A stretch of DNA of 64,000 nucleotides from Anthoceros angustus (GCA_010909165.1 MU008172.1:744001-808000); one strand, 5' to 3'. Shown: positions 34,740 through 47,229, counted from the stretch's first letter. Numbers and translations are program-made. Notes: generated by a model from the sequence alone, not told the origin.

Positions 34740-36752
34740 CTATAATCGCTGACTGAACCTTGAGTTGGGTGTGCAAGCGACTACGTCACGCCGAGGCGCC
34801 TTCAAATCCACCACCACCACGCTGATGTTGTCGGTGGAGCCCTTGGCAAATGCCAGCTTCATCAGCACCGCCGCAGCCATGCTGCAAGGGGATTCCTCTG
34901 CTTCATCTTCCCGCCCTGCCCCCGCTCCTGCTCTTGATCGCCCAGCTAAACATTTTCTAGCAATCTCACACACCGTGTCGTTTGGAATCACATCCCACAA
35001 GCCATCACTGGCCAATATCAAGCACTCGTCATCCTCTGTGCGCTGCGTGCATGTGACCTCCGGCTCAGAAATGACATAGGGTTTCAAATACCGATCGCCT
35101 GCACCGACCACACCACACAACAACAGTCACCTTCAGCACCTTAACCCAACTGCCCCTCCCACCTCAGTACACGCACAAACAAGACGGGCCGCCACCAGTT
35201 GCTCACCTATCGCTCTAGACATTGCCAGCACTCCCAAAACTCGATATCCACCCCAAGATATGACTCGGCCTCCAGCTGCCTCAATGCGAGCCAACTCATC
35301 TTGACGCTCAGGCTGTCGGGACACACGAACACAAATACATAAGTCACGGGGCTTCGAAAAACTTTCCTTTGCTCAAAACACACATCACTCAAAGCAACAC
35401 GCACAATGCACACAACGAGATGAGGGAGGGGGTGGTGACACATTGCCCACCCCGGAGAGCGGGAGGGACCGACGCCCCACAGCACAATGCACACACCTTG
35501 TGATCGATTGACAAAGGGATGGCCCTGCCACCGCGAGAAAGGACGGCTCGCGAGTCTCCACAATTTCCCACCACAATCTGGCAGGAGTTCACAACCGCCA
35601 CCACCGCAGTTGAACCCACCATTTCAGGAGCAATGGGATCGGTAGGGGTGGTTCGACCATCGGAGAGGCCCACGCCTCCAATCTCTTCATCTATCCTCTG
35701 GAAACAGGAGGACATGGCTCTAAGCCAGCGACTCTCGCTCACATCCAGGCCAACTTCGTCAGCCGCAGATGGAGTGCTGACAGTCTGCATTTCCTCAGCC
35801 AGGGCCCGATGCAATCGATCTGCACAAAATGCGGCCACCTGCACAAGCAACAAATTCATGACCGGAGCTGCACAAAGGGAAGAGACACAAGAACAGTAGG
35901 AGGCAGGGAATGTGGTAAGGGGGAGCCCACCTGCGATCCACCGTGTCCGTCGTAGACCCCGAAGAAGTGGAAAGGCGTGGCGGCTTGCAAAGCGCAACCC
36001 CCCATGGAGTCGCAGGGGAGAGAAACAAAGGCGGGCACAACAGAGACATAATCTTCCATGGTACGTCTCCGGCCGCACACAGAAACAGATCCATGCGGAG
36101 GGCAGGCGACAAGATGCACGGGCGTCAGCGGCAACGACGATCCTTCATGAGTCTGTCCCTGCGGGGGCGGCACAGCTTCCGCGGCCACCATGTTGGTGTC
36201 GTCATGCACCTGCATCTGCACCAGCTCCTCCTGCTCTCCATGTCCATCATCCACCTGCGTCTCCTCCTCCTTGAGGAGCTGCTGCTGCTGCTGCTGCTGC
36301 TCATGATGCTGATGTGGAGAGGTCAGGGAGACAGGCCCAGCAGCAGAACAGGGTGAGGGAACGGTGCCGGCATCACCCGCAGTAGCCACGACATCGGGGA
36401 CGCTGAGTGCCCGTCCTGCACCTGCCGACAAGGGAGGCACGTCGCTCAAAAGCTCACGAGAGCTGCTCTCTACACTGGAACTATCCTCCACTACCTCTGT
36501 GGCGGTTTGGACCTCTGCGAGAGAGCTGGGCGATCTAGCCACGATGTCGTAAGACTGGCTAGTCATGGAGCGCTTGCTGCGCTTGACAGCGGGCTCGGGG
36601 AAGGTTCCCGTCGTGATAAACTGCTTGAACCTGATGATCTCCAGTCGGCGGCGTCGAGCTGCGGAAGCACCACTTTCACATGGGAGCGAGTCATCCATAA
36701 AGGGGATGGTTCTGAGAGTGTCTGCTATTGCCATATCCTCCATGCCCAACAT
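34740..36752 (-). CDS. Clade A protein phosphatase 2C (ABI1/HAB/AHG3 type); exons 36752-35931, 35838-35497, 35312-35207, 35098-34740
   Basis: ARRRRLEI N-terminal motif, [76 protein letters not shown] (ABA-lock Trp), [24 protein letters not shown]. Four-exon layout typical of clade A. Confidence 0.96.
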
Positions 36753-36869
36753 TCCGCCCTCTACCTGGGATGCAGCCTCCGCTGCGGCGCCACAGCTGCC
36801 CAACGGTGTTAGAAATGCTGTACAGAGATAACCTCACTCGCAGTTGCACTTGCAAACACAATAATGCCC

Positions 36870-38509
36870 GGCGCAGAGTAAGAGCTCCTAGCTATACACA
36901 CATGCAGCAGTAGCAGCAGCGTGGATGCGTAAAAAGTCCCACCATGCAATCCCAATGGAGTAGTATAGCTTAGCTAAGCAGGCTGAATTGCTCACTGACC
37001 TGTGCCAGGGCGGACCGCATAGAAAACAACAACTTGCAAGGGTGGTGCAGCTGCCGCTGCTAATAGTGCATTCGCTCGGCCCCTGCTCTGCTCTGCTCTG
37101 CTCTGTTCTGCTGTGTCCAACTTTTCTGCTTCCTTGCTTGCGTTCTTCTTTCCTTTCTTCCTTTCCTTCCTTCCTTCCTTCCTTCCCTCCCTCCCTAAGG
37201 TCCACCTTGGAAGCCCCTAGACAAAGCCCGGCCTGTTTGACAACTCCGGCTACCAAAGTAGGGCACGACAGGGCGCAAAGTGCGCATGCCAACCATGCTT
37301 CTTCTGCTTCTTCCTCCGCTGTGCCAAGGGCCCGGCTGGGGCATCATACGGGTCCCGGGTCCCCGCTACGTGCCACGCTCCGCGCTCTCCGCGCCAGGAG
37401 CACGAGGTGAAGGCGGCACCCTAGAAGTTGAGCAATAGCAGCAGCTCAGCTCAGATCCAGATCTGGGATGTCCATATAAGCGGCAGTGGCAGCTGGTGGC
37501 GGAGGCGAAAGGAAGCGGAAAGTCCCCACTTCTACTCTTCTCCCGGCGGGCTCCGCAGCGGCCCCTTGCAAGATGCACCGAGACGTACACGGCGAGTGGC
37601 TCCTCCGACGGTGCGGGTGCGGCGCCTTGCGGGCAGGGGAGAGGTGAGGTGGCAGTCAGGGCAAGCAGGCGGGCAGGGGAGGAGTGCGCGGCGCAGAGCA
37701 AGAGCTCCTAGCTATACACACATGCAGCAGTAGCAGCAGCGTGGATGCGTAAAAGTCCCCACCATGCAATCCCAATGGAGTAGTATAGCTTAGCTAAGCA
37801 GGCTGAATTGCTCACTGACCTGTGCCAGGGCGGACCGCATAGAAAACAACAACTTGCAAGGGTGGTGCAGCTGCCGCTGCTAATAGTGCATTCGCTCGGC
37901 CCCTGCTCTGCTCTGCTCTGCTCTGTTCTGCTGTGTCCAACTTTTCTGCTTCCTTGCTTGCGTTCTTCTTTCCTTTCTTCCTTCCTTCCTTCCTTCCTTC
38001 TTCCTCCTCCCTAAGGTCCACCTTGAAGCCCCTAGACAAAGCCCGGCCTGTTTGACAACCCGGCTACCAAAGTAGGGCACGACAGGGCGCAAAGTGCGCA
38101 TGCCAACCATGCTTCTTCTGCTTCTTCCTCCGCTGTGCCAAGGGCCCGGCTGGGGCATCATACGGGTCCCGGGTCCCACGTGCCACGCCCGCGCTCTCCG
38201 CGCCAGGAGCACGAGGTGAAGGCGGCACCCTAGAAGTTGAGCAATAGCAGCAGCTCAGCTCAGATCCAGATCTGGGATGTCCATATAAGCGGCAGTGGCA
38301 GCTGGTGGCGGAGGCGAAAGGAAGCGGAAAGTCCCCACTTCTACTCTTCTCCCGGCGGGCTCCGCAGCGGCCCCTTGCAAGATGCACCGAGACGTACACG
38401 GCGAGTGGCTCCTCCGACGGTGCGGGTGCGGCGCCTTGCGGGCAGGGGAGAGGTGAGGTGGCAGTCAGGGCAAGCAGGCGGGCAGGGGAGGTGCGCGGGC
38501 GCAGAGCAA
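36870..38509. repeat. Near-identical ~820-bp tandem duplication upstream of the PP2C CDS
   Basis: Copy 1 about 36880-37699, copy 2 about 37700-38507; ggcgcagagYaa occurs at all three junctions. Confidence 0.95.
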
Positions 38510-38795
38510 CATGGAGGAGTCGGGTCGGGGTGAGCATGCGGAATTGCAAGGGCGGTTAACAATTGCTGAGCGAGGCGGGACACGTCAAGCAGGGATGGCG
38601 CCACCACTACGCCCGGCAGCAGCAGCAGCAGCAGCAGCGCGGCGGGACGGAGGGGGAGACGAGAGGCGAGGAGGAAGGAGGGAGGCGGATGAGGTGGTGA
38701 TGGAGGGGGAAGAAGAGAGGGAAGGGGGCGGGAGGGGCAGGAAAAGGAGCCTCGCTCCTGGGCTAGTGCTGGCGCGTTGGGCCGAGGAGAACGCC

Positions 38796-38858
38796 GACAC
38801 GGAGACGGAGACGGAGACGGACACGGAGACGGAGACGGAGACGGACACGGTCACGGAC
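38796..38858. repeat. (GGAGAC/GGACAC)n hexamer repeat
   Basis: Directly visible, about 10 units. Confidence 0.92.
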
Positions 38859-39405
38859 AAGGGGGAGGGAGGCGGAGAAGCGAGCGTGCCCTCGGCTGGT
38901 CGCTACTCGCCATAGCTAAGCAAGAGCAAGAGCAGGAAGCAAAGAGCGGAGCAGAGCCGGCAGCTGACTCGAGGCCGGTGAAGGGTAACCGGAGGGCGGG
39001 GTGGCGGGTGCCGGGTGGCGGGTGCCGGGTCGGGTACTGCCGCCTGGCCTAATAGGTATAGGCCACGCGTCCGGGCGCGCGGCGCTGCGCGTTAAAGCGA
39101 GATGCCGTCCCGCGGCCAAACACCGGCATCCAGGTGTCTCGCCACCGAACCCGGGGATTAAGATGGCAGCGATGTCCAGGGCTCCTCAATGCCTCAATGC
39201 AGGAAGGTGCGTGGAAGGGACGTACCGGGACACGTAGGTCAGCTGCGGTGTCCGGTGTCCGGGGCCCGCTCCCCGCGCGCCACCTCGCCGATATGATTGC
39301 CGCGCGCGTAGCAGCGCCCTTCATCCAGTTGGACCGTACCTGCTCAACATGGATCTCTTGTCCTCGTACCTCCGCGATTCCTTTGCTTTTCCACCCCGGG
39401 CAAGC

Positions 39406-39447
39406 GGCACCCGGCACCCGGCACCCGGCACCCGGCACCCGGCACCC
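39406..39447. repeat. (GGCACCC)6 heptamer array; inverted partner (GGGTGSC)4 at 38999-39030
   Basis: Directly visible. Confidence 0.92.
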
Positions 39448-40854
39448 GGCAAGCCCTAATTTTAGCCCATCCGCGCTACATGGACTCTGCCAAAATGCGC
39501 CTACTGCGACTTGACCCCCTTGTTGCTCTCGTGCTGCATCGCTGCAGCTGCAGATGCATATGCACACGCACACCCCTGCTTGCTCCTTTCTTTCTTTCCT
39601 TCCCCTTCTTCGCCTTCCTTGCTTCGCGCAGAATATCACACCTGCGATGTTCCATGCTTCAGAAAGGAGGGCAAGTCCGAGACCGTGACAAGCAGCGTTG
39701 CAAAATTTGCACTGCTCTCTTTTCCCACCACCACGAGGAGGAACCAGTTAAACGTGCCCGCTTTTCTGATGCCATGCCTGTACCGCTTGTGGCACAAACC
39801 CCCATGCACAATTGCACATCCGACCGATGCACCGTGCGGCCGGCATCCGATCTCCCTTCATCTGCTTCGTCTGCTTCTGGCCCGGCAACTGCTTCTGCTT
39901 CCTTATTAGGGTTCACATACGTCCTGCTTCCTCTTTAGGGTTCCAAATTACAAGACTGGTGATTCGTTCACGAAACACTTTCAAGCTCATGAGCCCATGT
40001 GGGTCGCTGGATGTGCCAGGCTGCCAGGCTGCCAGGCTTGTGTGGCCGATGACCTCCTCCCCGTCATGCTTCGTACAAGCCCTACGAACTGAACCGCTTG
40101 TGATGCCTCCTTCGGTTTGAAATGCTCTCTCTCCCCGGGTTTAGGCGATGCGTGCCGGTGCCCGTGCCGGTGCCCGCGCACTTGGGCACTTGGCACCCGT
40201 GCCTCCTCCAACTCGACCCCCCTTCTTCAAAAATCAAATCATACAAAACCGAATATCTTCAACTTATGTATTTAGATTAGATATGATTTCGAGAGCAGCG
40301 TTTCTTCCACGGCGCACACGTCATAGGCGAACCTAACACTATCTTGTCCACAGCTGGCCGCCTGTGTCTGGCCCAAGTGTCCGAGTCGTGACGGCAGGGT
40401 AACAAACACACCAGCCAGCTTTGGTCGAAGTCGGGTCAGGGCCAGGTCGGGTCAGGATGGCTTCGTCGCTTATCACAACACGCGTTAAGAGACGGGACAT
40501 ACGACGCCAGGAACAAGCCGACACATGGCCGTCTCCCGCGCAACTCCCGCTGGTCTCACTCCGTTATTGGAATGGGACATGGAGGTGCTGCCACACACGG
40601 CACCTTGCCAACATGAGGCATCACATGCGCACAAACACACAAACAGTGGTACGCCAATATTAGTTATGTCAAATCACTCAACAACAGATAGCTTCCTCAG
40701 GCAGCTGATCCCACCATGTCTCACTTCCGACTCTACAGCACCATGAACTCAGCATACGAGTTTGTCCACTCATTCACCAGTCGAAACTTCTACATTGTAT
40801 GGAAGCAGCCGCCTTCATAATGCGTCTTGCTTGCTCTCTACTTCAAAACAAGAC

Positions 40855-40992
40855 TCCCTCCTTTTCCTCCTCCTCCCCATCCTCCTACTCCTCCTCCTCC
40901 TGCCCCTCCTCCCCCCTGCCCCCCTCCTTCTACTACTCCCTCCTCCTCCTCCTCATCCTACTACTACTCCCTCCTCCTCCTCCTTGCTACTA
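40855..40992. repeat. Degenerate (CCT)n tract just downstream of the SnRK2 stop
   Basis: Directly visible. Confidence 0.85.
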
Positions 40993-41026
40993 TCCCCCCG
41001 GTCGGCCGGGGTGTACATAATTCAAT

Positions 41027-42874
41027 TTACATGGCACACACAAACTCCCCGCTACTGTCCACTTCTGGATCGATGTCATCGACCAAATCCATGTCATCTA
41101 GGCCCGCATCTCCCAGATAATGATCTATGCCTGGTCCAGGTGTCCTGGCTTCCTCGATGATGTGCATGATCTCCTCGATCTTTTGAGGTGGGTGATTTGG
41201 ATCATCGAAATCATACGTCGAGTCAGCTCCGTCTCCCAGGTCTGCAGGCAGGTTCTTGAGAAACCACGGATGTCCCCTGATCTCGTTGATGGTAATCCTC
41301 TGGAATACGGACACAACAAACGTGTCAAAAGAGACCAGCAGCTTCCCAAACCTTCTCTCGCACCACCTTCAATTCAGGTTACTCACTTTTACAGGATTCG
41401 CAACAAAAATCCGAGACAAAAGATGGCGACAATCCGATGAGATGTGCACGTAGTCCGGTACAGAGTACTGGACACTCAATATTCTCTGCACACAACACAT
41501 TCAGGTAGTGTCACGACGTCAAGACTGCCACCACATCATGTTCCAAATTTCTACACCGAAGTATTCAAGGATATCAGGTTTACAGTGGTTACCCCAATAG
41601 TCTTTCGAAAATTTCTAGGATCTTCGGGGTCTTCAAAGGGGTAGGCTCCTACCAGCATCACATAAAGGGTGACTCCACAAGACCACACATCTGCGATCTG
41701 TTAACGGAAAGGACATGACAACTGCTTAGTGTGTCGGTTGAGGGGATAATCACGACCCTTGTGGAATCAGAAAAAACGCAATGTGCAATTACCTTGCCAT
41801 CGTACTCCTTCTTGGATAGCACCTCAGGAGCAATATAGGCTGGCGTCCCAACAGTGGACTTGGGTTGTGAATGTAATAAGGAAGACTGGGGCACAAACAG
41901 AAAGAGTGAGACTTTAACTAGCACCATGGCCATCTTAGACCTTCACCACAATACCAGACATCACTGAAATTTCAAGAATGTAGACAATCATCGTGCAGCC
42001 AATGAGAATGCCATGCTACAACCAGCAAAATTTGCAGACACCTTAGAATAGCCAAAATCACATATTTTGAGGCGGGGAGCCGGACTGCCATCCAGAAGAG
42101 TGTTCTCCAGCTTCAGGTCCCGATGACAGATTTCCTACCACACACAAGCAGTACAATGAGAAGGATAATCGTTGACAAGATCGGAGAAAGAACGCAAAGC
42201 CAGCTCCCTTCCACCGGTGCCAAAACGGGACTGTTGGCTCATTATTGTTACACCGTGTACCCTTGGTGCTTACCATTGAATGACAATAACTAACCCCTGA
42301 GATAAGCTGCTGGAAGAAGAATCTGGCCTGTGGTAATGAAATGCATTAATTTCCAAAGCATGAACCTCAAATATGAGACTAAAACGACACATGAAAGAAC
42401 ATGTCCATGGGAATCACGAAACCGATGAGGCTTGGTAGAGAGGCATTACTTCATCTTCACTGAAGCGGCCAGCATTGCAGATGCGTTCGAAAAGCTCTCC
42501 ACCAGCAGCGTACTCCATGACGATTGCGAGGTGAGCAGGCGTAAGCATGACCTGGAAGCAACATGGGCGATGGCTGAGTCCAACGAGCGAGCCAAACCGA
42601 GGCAAGAACGACATCTGGGTTCCCACACCCACCGGTGAGAGCAAAGAACACACACCTCCTTGAACCTCACAATGTTGGGATGACGAAGGGAACGATGATT
42701 AATAATCTCCCTCTGCACATTCTCGTCGATCTTTTCCCCCCGTTCAATATACTTGACAGCCACCAGTTCACGGGTCTTCTTGTCGCGCATTAGGCGAGCC
42801 ACCCCGAAATTGCCAGACCCAATGTCCCGGACCAGCTCATAGCGGTCTCCATCCTGAAGATCCGGAAAATCCAT
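41027..42874 (-). CDS. SnRK2: SNF1-related kinase 2, subclass III (OST1/SRK2E type); 8 exons
   Basis: [83 protein letters not shown], SnRK2 box [13 protein letters not shown], acidic ABA box ending [17 protein letters not shown]. Confidence 0.97.
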
Positions 42875-45044
42875 GTCGAGAGCGGCAGCCTTGTGCGCCA
42901 GGTGGGTGGAAGACGGGCCTGCCTGTGCGTCCACACTGCCATACCAAACGAGGGCCCGCTAAGCTGCTCCGGCCCCCGAGACGGCAAGAAATACGAAGCA
43001 GGGGGAGGAAGGGCGAAATGAGCCCAAACCCTCAGCAAATTCAAGGGGAACGAGGAGCACAAATTGGCGGCCGACCTGTACGAAAGACTGTACTACGTTG
43101 GAGGACAGTGAAACATAGCGACGGGCGGGCGCGTTGCCATGCCCTGGCTGCTACCACCCGCGCGCGCGATCTGCACACAAGCGGCTGAAGGGGTTGTGGT
43201 GAGAAGGCAGCACAACATTTAGATGATCCGCACCGCAGCTGGAGCACGCACGGCAATGATGCAACAGGCAGCTCAAGTGGAGCAGAATGGGGAACAGGCG
43301 GGATAGGGACGGGGAGATAGAGGAAAGGGAAATCCACCTTGCACGGCTCCTGGGGTCAAGCAGCTTCTACTCCTGCTCTTCTTCCTCCGCCTGCTCCTCT
43401 TCCTGCTCCGATAGCTAAGGTGGCTCAGCCGGGAGGCGACCCTCGCAGGGGCGCGGAATGCACGAAGAAGTTGCAGGACGAGAGCCAGTCGAGCTCCATG
43501 AATGCCTTGGCTCGGCTTCCCCTCGCTCTCCTTGCTGCCCTCAGCTTCAGCTGTTGCGGCGCGTCTCTCTCTTGTCCGCTGCGCCCACTGCCCGGCCTCC
43601 GGTCCTCCAGTCAGCCTGGCTGGTACGAACCATGGGGTGTGGTTACCACCGTTCGCGGTCCAGCCCACATACAGCTATGTATCCGAGACTGTGGGTGAAC
43701 GGGTTGTACCGGTCGCTTGAGAGCCGGGGCAGCAGTTATTGCTCACTTCCTACCATGATCGGCCGCGGCGAAACCCGGCGCAACCTCCTACACAGGTGGC
43801 AGCTTCTGCACGGGGGTCAACGAAATGGACACGCAGCTCATACAGCTGACAGCACCTTCATTGGGTAAAGTGAGCACTGAGCAATCGGCTCATTGTGTAG
43901 ATACAGTATGCAATATTGTCCTCCCACCAAAACTTCTCCACGCGCTTCTGCTACAATTCCAACCTTTGATGGCATTCAAAATTAATTACCATCCTGATGC
44001 ACAGATGCACTGCTGATCTCCAACAGACCAGGTGTCATGGTTATGCATCTGCCACGGACAGCGCTTCCTGCCGGGGCAACCTCACAATTCCAGGGACCGC
44101 CTCTCCACCACTTAATTACTGTGGCCCTCATCCACACACGAGAGGAACATTTCTCTGTCCGAGATTTCAGGCTGCCGCTCCTCGGACCCCGCCCGCCCAC
44201 AATGCATACATGTACACTGTAGAAACGTCCCCTCTCCATTTGAACGTATGCCATCCGCTGATTAGCGTCCCTTCGCCTTCTCCTCCTCCTTCCCCTTCCC
44301 CTTCCCCTTCCCTTCGAGAAAAAGTGAGGGAGGCCCACCAGAGAATCTCTATCTCAATTACATATGATATAAGTAAACACATCCACAAATTACCCTTCAC
44401 GCTTGAGGTCATTGATGACTCCAGTCTTTCAAGGCTCTTTATTCCGTTGTCCTTCACTGTGTCCAGAATTGCATTCCTCATTGGAGCAATGTCTGAAAGC
44501 CCTTGTGACGAAACGCTGGCGCCGTATCACGTCTTCAGAGTCCTCAGCCTCCCAAAGAAATGCCGTTCGTTACAAACACTTGAATAATCCAACATATCGC
44601 AACTTGGGGGTACGGCCGGATGCGCAATCCACAAAATCGCACCCACTGGGCATCCCCACTTGCCCACTTGAAGCGGGAGTATGTGTACGAGAGGGGCAGA
44701 GTTCTGCTGCCGCTGCCAAACTCGGGGGCGCTCATTGGCGGACTGCCTTCCCGCACCGAACGCGTGGCGCTGCTCATCACTCTGATCACCTGCCCGGGAA
44801 TCCAACCTCTGGTCATGTGACACCGAGCTCTGCTTGCGCCTGTTTCGCCCACGCCACCACCAGGTTTACATCACAGCCTCCATGTAGACAGGGTAGTAGA
44901 CTAGATCCATACCAAGCTCATTGATTGTGAGATGTGAAACTTCACACCGACAGCAGTTTGGCAAAGTATAAGCCAAATTGAATAACTTGCCTACGATTCC
45001 CTTCCTATTACCCACACCTACGAAACCAGACCTACGCAACCCGA

Positions 45045-45872
45045 TCAAGTGCTCTGCGCGGGAGGCAGCTGCAAACGGAGCCCAGGCTTCGGCCGGCTGA
45101 AGGACGCTGGCACTCTGCTCTCGCCCTTGGCTTTCCGTTCCGCCTGGAACCTGGCCCATCTTGTCTCCCTCACTTGGTGGGGCATAAGCCTGGACGTCAC
45201 ACGCCGGAACTTGTCCGTCGACATCACCCTCACCCTCGCCAGTTCCGCCTCCTGTTCGGCCGTCATCTCCTTCAAGATCACCGTGAGGTGGCAGCGCGGC
45301 CGCTTCATCATCCCGCTTCGACCCTTGGCGTGATATGACCTCCGTTTCAGCATCTGCCCCTTGCCTACGAACGCCTCCGCGACCACCAGCCGCTCCTTGT
45401 CCAGGCCGTGGTTGTGGATGGCATTCGCTCTCGCGGAGTGCACTACCTTGTACACTATTTTGGCTGCACGCTTAGGAAGAACTTGCATCTGCATGAGAGC
45501 ATCCGTGCACCGCATCCCGCGAACAAGAGCTGCAACCAAATTCACCTTCTTAGGGCTTATTCTCACCTCCGACAGCACTGCCCTGGCGAAGTTCTGAGTT
45601 ACAGCGGACTTGGCACCGTCCTCCAGCGGTCCCGGAGCTTGAGAAAGAGGAGACCTCACCGGCTCTACCGACTCCCCAGCCGCGCTCTGTCGAACCTGGC
45701 TGCTGGACGCAAACCCTGCTCGCATCTGCAAAAATTCCTTCCATCCTCCCCTGCATGGTCCTGACCAAGCCCCTTCCTCAGACCTCAACAGGGCACCGCT
45801 CGTCCCTTCCGCATGGCTCAATTTCCCAAGCTGTTGCCGAACAAGAGGGAGCAACCGACGCCAACTTGCCAT
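45045..45872 (-). CDS. RPL22: Nuclear-encoded mitochondrial ribosomal protein uL22; intronless CDS, 275 aa
   Basis: ARAVLSEVRISPKKVNLVAALVRGM, HSARANAIHNHGLD, VAEAFVGKG, YHAKGRSGMMKRPRCHLTVIL; N-terminal MASWRR presequence. Confidence 0.95.
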   Translation of the reverse strand: MASWRRLLPLVRQQLGKLSHAEGTSGALLRSEEGAWSGPCRGGWKEFLQMRAGFASSSQVRQSAAGESVEPVRSPLSQAPGPLEDGAKSAVTQNFARAVLSEVRISPKKVNLVAALVRGMRCTDALMQMQVLPKRAAKIVYKVVHSARANAIHNHGLDKERLVVAEAFVGKGQMLKRRSYHAKGRSGMMKRPRCHLTVILKEMTAEQEAELARVRVMSTDKFRRVTSRLMPHQVRETRWARFQAERKAKGESRVPASFSRPKPGLRLQLPPAQST

Positions 45873-47229
45873 CTCCTGCAGACTTAGCAAACTTCAATGT
45901 CGACTACGGAGCTCCCTGCAGTCATCTTACAGCAAGGCCGTCTCCTCGTGGCAGCTCCCAGCATCCCTCAAACACAATGCAAATCACATGCAATCGATGG
46001 CCATGTCGCTTAATCCAGCAATCGGACTCGCTCGCCGTTGGGAAACCAGCGGATGAACCCTAACATCCGTTGGTAAACCCTGACACCGTATGGGAAGGCG
46101 ACTACAAATGATAACATTTTTTCTCTGTACACGCATGTTACACACTGCTCAGCTAACCAGTTATATGTAATGGAGATTAGCACGACAGTCCAGGAGGCGG
46201 CAGCTTTTGCTGGCCTCGGAAACAGCAAGGAAGCCGAGGCCCAGATTGCGGATAGGACCACAGCCTCAGGCAAACAAGACGCCCCGGCGGCCTCTTCGAT
46301 GATGTGCTTCAATCATCAAGCATTCTTGTCCTTCTGTGTCAGCACGCTGGTTTCAGCCCGGAACGCATGATCGCAACTGCCATGCAATTGGGTCCTAATT
46401 CTACATTTTGCTTTTGCAATTTCGACAATTCGTGTAAACCCCTGCAATTTGCCCAGCGCGAAGTTTGCAAAACTGCCTCGCTTTCCTCGGCTTCGCCTTC
46501 AGCTACCGCTCTGGTTCTGGTTGCATGGCCAGATGTCTTGTTTCAGCTCCGCTCTGGCACAGTCTGAGCTGAGCCTCTCTTGTGTCGGCTAGTGAGCGCC
46601 CCAGGAAATGGTTTGACAGCTCAGGACTTGTGCACCGGCGGCTGGAGGAGCGTGCTCTCTTTGCTGCACGCTGTTGTTTGCTCCTGAGGTGCGGTCGTAG
46701 CTGGATGAGCTGCTTCAAGCAGCTGTAGTCCTCCAAGCCCCGCTAACTGCCAGGTAAGGTGTAGCTTCTGTGGCTAGATCGAAAGCGCTTTTCCGTTGTA
46801 TGCAGCAAATGTTTGTTAGTTTCCGGATTTCCAGCTCCGGCTCGCACATGCGTGTTCGTTTTGGAAAAGCTCGTGACTTTTGTGGTGCAGGCAGTTCGTG
46901 TGTGTCGTACCGGAGATTTGCATTTCTGATGGACATTCCCGCCCGTGTCCGATCTCGATCGGACTTTTTTATGTGAGATTTTGGTAGCATGTTTTAGTGT
47001 CGGTGGAGAGGAGTGGGAGATGAAGCAGCAGCCAGCAGCATGAGTCGGATTGACTTGACGGAAAAGTCGATTAGGTCGCGCAAAGTAGCAGATAGGTTAA
47101 GGAGTTTCGTAATACCCTGGTTAGGGTTGGGATTAGTGTGCTTTTGCATGTTTTAATTGCTGGAAGATTGTGTGTCATGTGAAGCAGGTCTGTTAGTGCT
47201 TGAAGAGGTTGGAATGATCTGGTTTGGCA

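Larger units (their letters stand above)
38579..40321 (-). promoter_or_regulatory. ABRE/CE3-like motif cluster in the PP2C upstream region
   Basis: Minus-strand ACGTGTC at 38579-38585 and 39229-39235, ACGCGTGGC at 39062-39070, ACGTG cores at 39752 and 40317. Also a G-box at 38137 and ACGTG at 37368 inside the duplication. Confidence 0.6.

Noticed and set aside
36888-40760. Many 60-200 aa ORFs between PP2C and SnRK2, including a hoped-for PYL receptor
   Set aside because: No START-domain gate/latch motifs (SGLPA, HRL); ORFs differ by frameshifts between the duplicated copies and are GC-rich noise
42790-42942. Out-of-frame upstream ATG overlapping the SnRK2 start (possible uORF)
   Set aside because: A plausible splice acceptor near 42923 would place this ATG in a 5'UTR intron; cannot be resolved without cDNA
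43997-44924. 196-aa and 173-aa plus-strand ORFs
   Set aside because: Low-complexity, overlapping in different frames, no motifs; likely SnRK2 promoter and RPL22 3' region
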